Of a DNA stretch of 64,000 bases, positions 13,657-25,286 are shown in pieces (position 1 is the first letter of the stretch; each line of letters opens with the position of its first letter). The stretch comes from Octopus vulgaris (lineage: Eukaryota), in contig OX597819.1 of NCBI GenBank assembly GCA_951406725.2, forward strand, positions 3,658,001 through 3,722,000, in the 5' to 3' direction. Under the pieces are notes generated by a model. That model was given only the letters and a program-made list of their open reading frames with translations, had not been told where the DNA came from and searched no databases. The position numbers and the translations under genes are program-made.

Positions 13657-14131
13657 CCGTGAATCCTCGAGTATAGTCCGCCCTTGAGTATAATACGCAG
13701 GGGATTTTTAGGGGGCTGTACCTCTGAAAAACCTAAACCTTGTGTATAATACGCACCCCTTCTCTAACTTGAGTCGTGCGTAATTAAGCCAGCAGCATCT
13801 AGTCGAATAAAAACTTCCGCGCATGCGTAATACAATAATGGCGATGTTCTTAACTGTTATATGGGAATGTAAATATGTTAGCAAATTGTTTTTGTTACAT
13901 GTTATTTTGTGTTCTGAATACTTTTATTTTAATAAATGATGCTCATTGCAAGTTATGGATGATTCTTTTATGTCTTAATTGCTTTCAGGCTTAGCTTAAG
14001 GTAAAGTAGAAACACTTCCAGAGTTGTCTCCCGTACTTTCAAAAACTAAAAGCAAAAAAAAGCCTGAAAAATAGATATTAGTCATCAGCTATTGATTTTT
14101 CTCATCGCATATTATACTCTAGGCTTTTAAT
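13657..14131. mobile_element. Tc1/mariner superfamily (pogo/Tc2-like) non-autonomous element
   Basis: TA|CCGTGAATCCTCGAGTATAGTCCGC left end with repeated GTATAATACGCA subterminal motifs; decayed inverted copy GCATATTATACTCTAGG at ~14106-14131. Confidence 0.5.
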
Positions 14132-15012
14132 ATTCGATGCATTGGTATGTTATGATCTACTCTGTTACTCACTGCCAATTATGAAAATACAGTCTCGGAA
14201 CGTTTTAATTTCTACATAACGAAACGTAACCTAGCAAGGCTTTGAAATAACATAGTAGATCACGGTGATTCTAATACAATTTTAGCATAAAAGTTCCACG
14301 CGTTGAATAATGTCACAGTAGGATAGGTAAAAGATGCCTCTTTAGACTACAAGATGTCACTTAGAGGAAGTAGTAATTAAAACCGAGGATATTAAGTTCA
14401 TCTTGGCGATACTCATGGGGTAAGTTTAGAGAGCCGTATGAAAGAAAATCATAAAAGATAGTAAAAAAGATAGAAAATAGAAAAAGATACAGATCAGGAG
14501 ATATAACGATATGAAACAGCTTTAAAAGGTTTCAATTACATTCTTAGATTTTTGTTATCTACTTAGCTTATCGAGATATGGCGTGTAATTAGAGTTTGCA
14601 CTAACAATTAGGGTCACTCAGTACAGTGTTAATGTTGTTGTTGCTATGCTGCCTCAGTTAACATTACCAATAAACTACTACAGCTACATATATATTTTTT
14701 TCCAATTATTTCCTAATGACTCTCTCTTACCTTCGGTAACCACGCCTGTGCATTGCTTTTTACGACACATTACATACCTATTAAGCTGATCCACTCGACT
14801 AATTTAATTGAAATGCTTACTATACCCTAACTTCACCATTTTCGATACTAATATATTGCACCAAGAATTACGGCTATTACGAATATGCTTATATTGTTTT
14901 TATATTAATGATTTAAACAGTGTAACAAATTCAACATCTTCATATATAGGTCAATATATTTTATGTTGCTTTTTGTTTTTCTAAAAAAATAAACCGAAAC
15001 GCGTAATATTAG

Positions 15013-15219
15013 TTTCCAATTTTGGCACAAGGCCAGCATTTTCTGGGTAGTGGTAAGTCGATCAATCGACCTCAGTACATGACTGGTACTTTTTTATCGA
15101 TCACAAAAGGATGAAAGACAAAGTCGACCTCGGCGAAATTTGAACTCAGAACGTGAAGACGGACGAAACGCTGCCAAACATTTTGTCCGGCGCGCTAACG
15201 ATTGTGTCAGCTCGCCGCC
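15013..15219 (-). mobile_element. SINE family B, tail type i
   Basis: Reverse complement of the 1914-2127 consensus. Confidence 0.85.
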
Positions 15220-15771
15220 TTCAAAGCAAGTAATATAAGTTACAAATTTTCGAAGGAAGTCACCTCTCTTAGGACAGGGGCAAATCCATTTCATCGACCC
15301 AAGTCCTTGACTGGTACTTTACTTTATCGATTCCAAAAGGATGAAAGGGAAAGTGGACCTCGATGGAACTTGAACTCAGAGCGTAAAACCCAAAGAGAGG
15401 CTGCTAAGCTTTTTGTTTTGCGCGTCAGTGATTCTGCTTTCAAAGCACGTACTATTAAGAATACTACTTCAATATTCGTTGCATCTCATGACATATAAGC
15501 TCAACCTGCTACGCTAATTGGTTCACTGACGCATGTACTTGAGTCGCACACATACACGAACACACACATACACACATGCACACACACACACATACATACA
15601 TACATACATACATACATACATACATACATACAGGTATATATAGATGTATAGGTATGTTTACGTGTGAGTGCGTATATATATGTATATATATCCTGCTTTT
15701 TATAATATATATATATATATATGTATATATATGTATATATATATATGTATATATATATGTGTGTATATATA

Positions 15772-16196
15772 GGCGCAGGAGTGACTGTGTGGTAAGTAGC
15801 TTGCTTACCAGCCACATGGTTCCGGGTTCATTCTCACTGCGTTGCACCTTGGGCAAGTGTCTTCTACTATAGTCTCGGGCCGACCAAAACCTTGTGAGTG
15901 GATTTGGTAGACAGAAACTGAAGGAAGCCTGTCGTATATATGCATATATATGTATATGTATGTGTGTGTGTGTATATATGTTTGTGTGTCTGTGTTTGTC
16001 CTCCCAACATCGCTTGACAACCGATGGTGGTGTGTTTACGTCCCCATAACTTAGCGGTCCGGCAAAGGAGCCAGATAGAATAAGTACTAGGCGTTCAAAG
16101 AATAAGTCCTGGGGTCGATTTGCTCGACTAAAGGCGGTGCTCCAGCATGGCCGCAGTCAAATGATTGAAACAAATAGAAAGATAAAAAAAGATAAA

Positions 16197-16200
<4 letters not shown>
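15772..16200 (+). mobile_element. SINE family A, full-length copy
   Basis: Nearly identical to 471-861. Confidence 0.9.
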
Positions 16201-16257
<57 letters not shown>

Positions 16258-16385
16258 TGTATGTATGTATGTATGTATGCATGTGTGTGCGTGTGTGTGT
16301 GTAACTAATCAATACTTTGATAGGCATGTAGGAATGTATATAGATAGATATACAGGATAGATAGATAGACAGACAGACAGACAGG

Positions 16386-16416
<31 letters not shown>

Positions 16417-16423
16417 ATGGATG

Positions 16424-16484
<61 letters not shown>

Positions 16485-17060
16485 ATGGATAGATAGATAA
16501 ATAAGTTTGAGGCGTAGATAGCGATCTTTCAGAACAGGCCGCACGCCCGCATGTCATAAAAATGATCAGGATATGAAAGAGTAAAACAAGCTTCAGAGGA
16601 TAACCGACGCCGAACTGACTGACCCAGTAGTTGACGCTGGATTGACTGACAGGTCTGGTAAAATACGAGTACATTACTCTTCGTCGAAGAGAGAGTGAGA
16701 GAAAAGGTAGTGTGTTGTGATTTTTTGGTCGTGAGCAAGTAAATAGTGATATAGTGATATCTGGAGAAAGACAGGGAAAAAGAGTACTTGAGTGTGAGGA
16801 GTCAGTAACGTTCAAAGAGTTCTATATTTCTAAAAATCTCTCTAAGAGATCAACGCAGTAGTTGTAGTGACAAGTAATATTCGTAGCCATTTTTACATGG
16901 CTGTCCGTTCGAGCGGACTCGACTGCAATATTTTTTAGAGAGGTTTTAGAACAAGCATTTTTGCTTGCAAATTCGTCTCCAGCTGGCTTTAGGCACACTA
17001 TCTGTGCTTTTATGGTATTTGCAAAGGGAGGTCATCCCTTTCTCGTAAGCCTAAGTGATA

Positions 17061-17105
17061 CGCACGGACCGCAGTTTCGAGGTAGTTGCCTCTTGTCAAC
17101 GGACG
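17061..17105 (-). ncRNA. Minimal type I hammerhead ribozyme, U3-A8 variant core
   Basis: cgtccg-TTGACAA-gagg(caacta)cctc-GAAA-ctgcgg-TC-cgtgcg on - strand. Confidence 0.65.
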
Positions 17106-17174
17106 GAAGTTACTAGAAAAACACTTAAGTATTAGCATACAAGGTCTTCCTTTTCATCGTAAATCGGTGATTAC

Positions 17175-17219
17175 CGCCCGTTGACAAGAGGCAACTACCT
17201 CGAAACTGCGGTCCGTGCG
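17175..17219 (+). ncRNA. Minimal type I hammerhead ribozyme, U3-A8 variant core
   Basis: cgcccg-TTGACAA-gagg(caacta)cctc-GAAA-ctgcgg-TC-cgtgcg. Confidence 0.7.
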
Positions 17220-18150
17220 TATCACTTAGGCTTACGAGAAAAGGATGACCTCCCTTTGCAAATACCATAAGGGCACAGACAGTGTGCCTAAAGCCAGCTG
17301 GAGACGATGATCTGGGGCTAAAAGCTTCAGTAACACCCACCCTTTGTGGTTAGCCATATTGAGATGGCTATCATACTTTACATATATATATATATATCAA
17401 TATCTATAAATCTGAAATGCAAAAAGTTTGTTTGTCTGGTTTTCGCATTGGAACGGGTTAAAGGGCACTAGATCCCGTCGGATTGACTCCAAAATTTACA
17501 GGGACATGTAAAATGAGGTGAGGATGAGAGTGGGCTAGGTTAGAAATCCCTATATTAACAGGTGGGGTTACTAGGGCAAAAAACGCACACTTTGATAAGT
17601 CTCCTCTCATTCTCTTATCTGCATGTCTTCCTCCGTCTCTCTCTGTTTCCTCCCTTCCCATCACTTTCTCTCTATAAGAACTTTTTGACAGATACTACTA
17701 TCTTTCCCCGCTGCCTTCGCCAGCGCTGTCACTCTTTCCCTCACCGCCTCCATCTTTCTTTCTTTCTCTCTCTCTCTCTGTACGTCTATCTGCATTCATA
17801 GAGAGTTTTATTATCACCACAACCACTACACAATCACAAGAACAAATATTATGAATCAGATATTTATTGGGTTAATTTATATATATATGTGTGAGTGTGT
17901 GTGCTCTATATATAAATATGTATATATAATGTATATATACAAAGTGTATGTATCTGTTTTTATATATATATATGTATATATATAATTTGTATACATTTTT
18001 ATATATAATGCGTACACACACACACACACACACATACACACACACACACACATATATATATTGATTGATTGATTGATTGATTCCAGTTTCAGCTCATGAG
18101 CTGTGGCCATGCTGGGGCACCGCCATTTGGTGTTGCTACTTGGTTTCACT

Positions 18151-21146
18151 TCATGGAGGCTTTCTAGCAACTGCTATTTGGTGCATGAGAGAGTTCGATG
18201 CAGCTGCCCTCATCTGCCCCTCCTGCCGTGAAGTTGGTTCATCTGGGACACCTGACAGGAAGAGATCCAGCTTCATTTTAAAGACATCTGTATCCACCCC
18301 ATGCAGGTCTCTCAGGTTCTTCGGGAGGATATTGAAGAGCTGTGGGCCTCGGAAGCCCAGGCTATCACAGAATCTTGTCCTACATCTTGATGGCAGGTTT
18401 GGAGTCCTTGGCACCACGCAGTGGCGCCCAGTTCTGGCATTTGCGTAACTCTCGATGCCAAAGTTCAGGACACTTCCCTCCAGGATCTTCCAGATGTATA
18501 TTATGGCATATCTTTCCCGCCTACGCTCCAGAGAATATAATTTTAATCTCTTGAGTCTTTCCCAGTAGCTTACATTCTGCATAGAGGCTATCTTCTTTGT
18601 GTAGCTTCGTTGGATCGCCTCAAGTTCTGTGATCAACTTGACACTGGATGGTGACCATAGCTGAGAGCAATAGTCAAAGTGGCTTAGGACAAGTGTCTTC
18701 CAGAGGACCATCATGGTTTTTTGTTCTCTTGTTCTAAAGGTTCTAAGAATCCATCCAGCCAGCCGTCTACATTTCATTGCCAGTTTAGCAACATGTACAT
18801 GAAAGGTCGCGTCATCACTCATGTGAATACCCAGGTCACGCACTGATTGTGCCTCTGGGATTGCAATCCCTCCGGGTCCAGTGTATCATTGGGTATTGCA
18901 TTCAGTTTTGCATGCTGATAGTATAAAGCTTGAAACTTTCCAGCATTGAACTGCATGCTATTCTTTTCAGCCCACTTGTATATTTCGTCTAGCTCACATT
19001 GCAGGTGTTTAGTGTCCTCAGGGTTCTGTATTGCCTGTGAAACTTTTGTATCATCTGCATAACTTGTGATCGTGGCTCTCTGCATGGCTGAGGGCATGTC
19101 TGAGAGGGCCATTATGAACAGTAGTGGTCCCAGAACAGTGCCCTGCGGAACACCGCTCACTATTTGTGTGTTAATGGAGGTGGCCCCATTGGCTACTACC
19201 ACCTGACTTCTATCCTTCAGAAAGTCATGAAGCCATTCTCCCAGTTTTCCAACTATGTTGAGATCACGCAGTTTGTGACATATCATTCCATGATCGACTT
19301 TATCAAAGGCCTTTGCAAAGTCGAGATATATCACTTCCACATTTGAGTGGTTGAGCAGCCGTTTCAGCACCCAGTCATAGTGTTGTAGGAGCTGAGTTAA
19401 ACAGCTTCTCCCTGGTCGGAAACCATGTTGGGTGTCGGGCAGCAAGTCATTTTCTTCAAGGAAGGTGATCAGCTTCCTTCTGACTATTCGTTCCATGACC
19501 TTGCTGATGTGTGAGGTCAGAGAGATAGGTCTATAGTTCTTGGCTTCCGCTCTGCTACCTCCTTTATGAATGGGGCATATTTTACCTTCCTTCAGTTTTC
19601 CTGGAAGTTTGCCAGCTGCAAGGAAGCTCTGAAAGAGGAACTGCAGTGGTCTTGCTAGGACTCTATTACATGCTTTTAGGAGGATTGCCGGGAATCCATC
19701 GGGGCCAGTAGCTGAGTCTGTTTTCATTTCATCTATAGCCTTGGTTACATCGTCTTCCTTTATATCGATGTAATCTATCGTCGCCGCCTCTGATTTTATA
19801 TCTGCAGTGGTAAAAAAGTCAGTTGGATTGGTGATTTGGAGATGCCCAAGGGGTGGAGTGAAAACACTCTTGAATTGCTCATTCAGTATTTCACTTACCC
19901 TCATTGGTTTTCCTGTAAGTGTGCCATCCTTTTCGAGGAGTGGCCCTATTCTACAGTGCACTGTAGCTGTTTCTTTGGCATACCTGTAGAAAGCTCTGGG
20001 GTTAGATTTTATGTTTTCTATAGCCCAGGCTTCTTTGTCTGCTCTTTCTTTTTCATGGGAGAGTTGCAGACATTTTTCGATTTCCAACAGTTTTATTTTT
20101 AGGCGGGACTTTTCACTGCTTTCAATCTGTTTGTTTAGGCGATTTGAAAATTTCGTACGCCGTCTCATTAAAATTTTCCTCTCTCTGGGGATTTTGTTCT
20201 TGTGTACAGTGGCCTTTCTCTCTGGGACACATTTGTAGCATATGGCTTGCATTACAGACATGAATTGTTGAAGTTTCACGTCGATGTCTGGCGAGGAGAG
20301 ACATTTAGGCCAGTTTTGTTTGAGGATCTCTTTCTCAATTTGTTTCCAGTTTGCCTTATGGTAGTTCAAGCTGGAAAGATTTTGAGGGTTTCTTGTAGGC
20401 TGCATGTCCGTGCTCTCTTTTGGCCCGTACATGGTCAGCTCTATCATGTTGTGATCCGAGAGTATTGTCGGTGTCACTTTCACATTATGGATGAGATCCA
20501 TGTCATTTGTGAAGCAGAGATCCAGTGTGTTACCTGCCCTGGTTGGTTGGAGTATTACCTGCTCCATGTACAGGGTGTTGATGAGGTTAAGGAGGGACCT
20601 CGCCTGTCCTCGTTCACATCTTGTCATTCCTGGGAGAGAAAGGCCCTCGGGCCATCTGACATTGGGCAGATTGAAGTCTCCCATAAGAAGCACACCTATG
20701 TGTTGTTCTAATGTGGTTAGAATTTCTTCTATTTTTATAAGGCAGTCTTCAAACTTGCCCACATGGCTTGGGGCATCTGGAGGGCGATATGTAGCACACA
20801 CAACTACATCAAGTTGCCTAATATGTACAATTAGTGTGTCACACACCGAGTTTGAGTATGACAAGAGGACCTGGGGTGTGAGGTCCTCACGGATGTACAT
20901 AGCAACACCTCCATGACTCCTTTCTTTCCTGTCGGTCCGTAGTACAGCATACTGTGGTATGTGTAACTCTGCATCTGCTATGTCCGGTTTCAGGTGCGTT
21001 TCTGTAAGTGCTATGCATAAGGCTTGATTGCATGCAACAAAGTCTCTCAGGAACGGGATCTTTGTCCTGTTACTGAGTGTTTGCAGTCCTCTGATGTTCA
21101 GTAGGAGTATCGAGGTGAGGTGTACGTTGTTGCCGGCGGTGTCCAT
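18151..21146 (-). CDS. LINE ORF2: APE endonuclease + reverse transcriptase, one frameshift near 18886
   Basis: APE motifs LLNIRG, LTETHL, HGGVA, YRPP, GDFN, TLDL, SDH; RT motifs YRPISLTS, QHGF, LDFAKAFD, GVPQGTVLGP, YADD; continues after a 1-nt shift as YTGPGG..VRDLG..DYCSQLW..SLERRRER. Confidence 0.93.
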
Positions 21147-22008
21147 CCTGTGTCTGTTTGCTGTGGTGGTCTGGTATATAGTGGGTAGTCCCACCTGCGG
21201 GCTTGGGTTTGATGAAGCCAGGTCAGCTGCTGTACAATCTTTTGTGCCATGCACAAAAAAGATTGTTGCTCAGCAGCTGCTCTTTCGACAACATCATGTT
21301 GGCTGTTTGTGGCGCGCACAACATCTGCGTACCTCCGCTTTGGGGCAGGTGGTGCGTGGTCCATCCCTTTTTTTGTGTTGATGGTTTGTCCATCTGCCTC
21401 GTGTCTCTGTGGCAGGGTCCCCGATGTGCAAAGCGGCAGCATGCACCTTCCTTTCCATGCCAGCAGGAACCTCTCAGGTAGAACATACACACCCGTGTGC
21501 GCTGTTTGGTTCCATCCTTTGCGGATCCACTTCTATTTCTGGTTGTTTCACTCTTTGGTCCTGCTTGAGCTTTTTCTTTTCCTTTAGCTCTTCCAGTCCT
21601 TCTTTTAGTTCTACTTCCTCCCTCTACCTCTTCACCGGGTTCTCCGTCTCCATGGCCCTTGCTGCCGGTTGGAGAACTTGCACCTGGGTTCACTTCCCGG
21701 GCAGGTTTCTCATTCAAAACCTCCTCCCGGGCGTCCACCAGGTGGGGGTGACTTCTTTCATCGTCTCCATTCTTGCCATCTTTGCTCCGCTCGTTCTCAA
21801 AGATGGCATCAAGTGCGCCAATGTGCGACCGTACAAGCGCATATGAGCGCACGAATTCCTGTCTCTTTCGCTCCATCTGAGCCGCTGTCCTCTTGTAGCC
21901 TCTGCTCTTCAGCGCAGCCGCAATCACCTCCCTAGGGCTATCTCCGCCGGCGCACTCCCATGCTCGTACGAATAAATCCAGCTCGTCACGTCTCCATGCT
22001 CTGGACAT
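21098..22008 (-). CDS. LINE ORF1: Myb/SANT(trihelix)-like N-terminus + CCCH zinc finger; probable frameshift near 21370-21420
   Basis: WRRDELDLFVRAW...IAAALKSRGYKRTAAQMERKRQEFVRSY; CMFYLRGSCWHGKEGACCRFAH. The alternative-frame tail (RRYADVVR..QQSFL, ending 21098) looks like the true C-terminus. Confidence 0.75.
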
Positions 22009-22064
22009 GCTGGATAATCCGTCTATCCGTTTATCTATCTAATTATGTTCGAGAGAAGACAGGA

Positions 22065-22928
22065 AGATATTAAGGCTAATTAGAAGATAGAGTACTTGAA
22101 AAAGAAATAGTAACAATATTAAAGTTTGTGTAAAAACGTTATTTGGGTAAAAACGTTATTTAATCTTAAGGCTAATTAGGGGATAGAGTATCTGAAAATG
22201 TATTAGCAATATTAATATTATATTAGAGTGTGGATAAAAACGTTGTTTAATCTTAAGGCTAATTAGGAGATAGAGTATCTGAAAATATATTAGCAATATT
22301 AATATTATATTAGAGTGTGGGTAAAAAAACGTTATTTAATCTTAAGGCTAATTTGGAGATAGAGTATCTGAAAATATATTAGCAATATTAATATTATATT
22401 AGAGTGTGGGTAATATTAAACGTTATTTAATTTAATCTTAAGGCTAATTAGAAGACGGAGTATCTGAAAAATTATATATACAATATTAAGCAATATTAAC
22501 CGTTATTTAATTTAATCTTAAGGCTAATTAGACGTTATTAATATTAAACGTTATTTAATTTAATCTTAAGGCTAATTAGAAGATAGAGTATCTGAAAATA
22601 TATTAGCAATATTAATATTATATTAGAGTGTGGATAAAAACGTTATTTAATCTTAAGGCTAATCAGGAGATAGAGTATCTGAAAATATATTAGCAATGTT
22701 AATATTATATTAGAGTGTGGGTAATATTAAACGTTATTTAATTTAATCTTAAGGCTAATTAGAAGATAGAGTATCTGAAGAATTATTAACAATATTAAAA
22801 CAATATTAAACGTTATTTAATTTAATCTTAAGGCTAATTAACAGTAATTATTAACAATATTAAACAATGTTAAACGTTATTTAATTTAATCCTAAGGCTA
22901 ATTAACAATAATTATTAACAATATTAAA
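22065..22928 (-). repeat. Tandem array (~50-90 bp units, about 11 copies) forming the LINE 5'UTR
   Basis: Recurrent AAACGTTATTTAATCTTAAGGCTAATTAGGAGATAGAGTATCTGAAAA unit directly upstream of ORF1. Confidence 0.85.
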
Positions 22929-24045
22929 TATATATATATATATAATGTGTGCATTATGTGGTCGGTTGAGCTGAAAATATGCACACCTATGTTAAAAGTG
23001 CTGGCGAGTTTGCATGGCAACTATTTTTTTCCTCAAATAAAAGGCGTGACCTCTAGGACAAAATTCCTCATCTTATACAATGTGGCCCCAGTAGACCCGA
23101 ATGAAATCGGGTTATATTAACCAAAATGTGAAAAGGGGTCTAAATGGGGCTGTAAGGGGATTAAAATTTACAGGAGCGAGTGTTTAGGAATTCTCTGTTA
23201 CATCAAGCTAAAAAATTTGCGCCAGCCTTTAAATCTTCAATGTGTTGCCGTCCATCATGAAGATGTTTTGAATGCTTGCCATGGTGAGTCTACTGTCGTG
23301 AGAAAGAATCAATTCAAAACTTGGTGCTTAGGAATTTTCTTTTACATCAAGTTCAAAATTTTATGCCAGCCGTTAAACTGCCACTAAGTTGCTGTCCGTC
23401 GTTAAGAAATGCCAGCCATGGTGACTCTACTATCCTCAGATTCTATCCCTTCAAACTTTGGTTTCCAATATTTTAAAATTTTTATTCAGCTCGCAAGTTC
23501 GTCTGTCCCTTTTAAATGTTAGTGTTTTGCTGTCTGCCTTGAAGCAGACCTTTCTGTTGTCACTGCCTGATATTTATGATTGATCTTTCAAAATATATTC
23601 TCAACTTACTCAAGATCCTTAGTTGTTTATAAATGGGAGATAGATAGACAGAGAAAGATAGGGAGTAAGAGAAAGCGAGGGAGAGTCCGAGAGAAAGGAA
23701 GAGTAAGAGAGTGGGAAAGTGAGAGAGAAACAAAGAGGGAGAATGTGGTGATAAAAAACAGAAAGGAAGCAATAGAAAGTAACAACCACACTCTTACCCG
23801 CGCGTAGAGCGGGACACCTTAAGCTAGTATATATATATATTTTAAAATTAAAATGAGGATGAAAAACTGGATATTAATTTGATAACATCAATCTTGTTAC
23901 TTTTCATTTATCTTGCTCGCTTACGTTTCTGGTGTCTTCTAAATTTTCCAGAGAACAATTCTTAGTTGTAAGACCATAGCGGATGTTCTTCTAGCATAAA
24001 GGTTTCCACATAGTGGCAATTCCCTCTTATATGTATGTATGTATG

Positions 24046-24101
<56 letters not shown>

Positions 24102-24903
24102 TATTTATTCATTTATTGAGTGGCAGAAATAACTCGAAACCAGGACTGGTCTACTGGTCCCGTCGCAAAGAGATGGTAGGGGTTCGCTCCCCTGCTCGCA
24201 ATTTTATTGGATGCAGCTTTGCATCGTTAACCAGCTAGAGGAGATGTCCTCTTGGGGTCAAAATATCACAGTAGTGCCCGCTCGAACGGACAGCTGTGTT
24301 TAAATGGCTACGAATATTACTTGTCAGTTTTATATTAGGCATAGTAAAAGAATTAGGTGGCAGAATATGTTGAAAGAGTAAAATCTGTGAAATCCGGGAA
24401 AGCAAGTTATCTTTTGTTTCGACTTCGATATATAGACAAAATAAAGTTAACAGGCAAAATAATTCCTCCGCCTGTACCTTCCACTGTCTCTTGACAATGG
24501 TGCTTGTTTGTTTATGTCCCTGTAACATTGCAATTAGGCAAAAGTAACCGAAAGAAATAAGTACCAGACTTAAGAAATAAGTGTTTGGTACGATTGTTCG
24601 ACTAAACTCTTCAAGGCGGTGCCCCAGTATAACCACAGTCTAATAACTGAAGCAAGTAAAATATATAAGATAAAAAAAGTCAATTCTATAGAATTCATTG
24701 AGTCTACCGTCTCAGGATTTTGGTTCTTCGTCTGAGAGCGACGGAACAAAAATTACCTTGTCGGTTTGGTTGTGAATGATATAGCGATGGCTGGTGAAAG
24801 TAGTGGAGCAGGGGTTACCTTAGCGGATACTTTTGATTTCGTATTAGCTAACAATTTCTATAGTGAATTCTGAAAATAATTAATTTTCATTTAACCACGC
24901 GTA

Positions 24904-25286
24904 TCTCTCTCTATATAAACGGCAGTTTGTCTGTGCGTGTTTCTGTGTGTCTGTTTGCTTGTACCCTCACCCTGACCACGGCTTTCAACCGATTCTGATG
25001 AAACTTGACGCACACATAGCCCAATGTCATAATTCAAAACTAACGCAGCGAAAATTTTGAAAAGTTTCCCCAGTTCTGAAAAAAATCGATAAATTCGACA
25101 TGGGGTCGAGAATCAGAAACAAACCATAAACTGTCTAGGGGACGCAACTCCACCTTTTTTAAATCTCAAAAAAAAATTTACCATCATTTTTTTCCCTTTT
25201 TTTGCTATTTTTTGGCTATAACTCTCTAAAAATGCTTTATAGTTATTTCCCTTACAAACCTGAGCAACGCCGGGCGATACTGCTAG
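24904..25286 (+). mobile_element. Short non-autonomous Helitron
   Basis: A|TC 5' end with TGTCTGT repeats and CCGATTCTGATGAAACTT motif; 3' hairpin CCTGAGCAACGCCGGG then CTAG|T. Confidence 0.75.

Larger units (their letters stand above)
16973..17307. repeat. ~134-bp inverted repeat with 67-bp spacer (inverted PLE pLTR pair)
   Basis: Arms 16973-17106 and 17174-17307 are near-perfect reverse complements. Confidence 0.9.
18061..22928 (-). mobile_element. Near full-length CR1-group LINE
   Basis: Tandem-repeat 5'UTR, ORF1, ORF2 (APE+RT), short 3'UTR with stem-loop and (TCAA)n tail; both ends abut (TA)n. Confidence 0.95.
17403..23827 (+). mobile_element. Non-autonomous Helitron interrupted by the CR1 LINE
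   Basis: 5' A|TCTATAAATCTGAAATGCAAAAAGTTTGTTTGTCTG; 3' GC hairpin CCCGC-gcgtaga-GCGGG (23797-23813) 10 nt before CTAG|T (23824-23827). Confidence 0.6.

Noticed and set aside
16943-16965. GTTTTAGAAC... resembling a type II CRISPR repeat start
   Set aside because: Only two copies 12 kb apart, no spacers, no cas genes, eukaryotic context
19164-21935. Plus-strand ORFs overlapping the LINE
   Set aside because: Antisense shadows of ORF1/ORF2 with no recognisable motifs
22065-22928. Tandem array as a CRISPR array
   Set aside because: Inter-repeat segments are homologous to each other, not unique spacers
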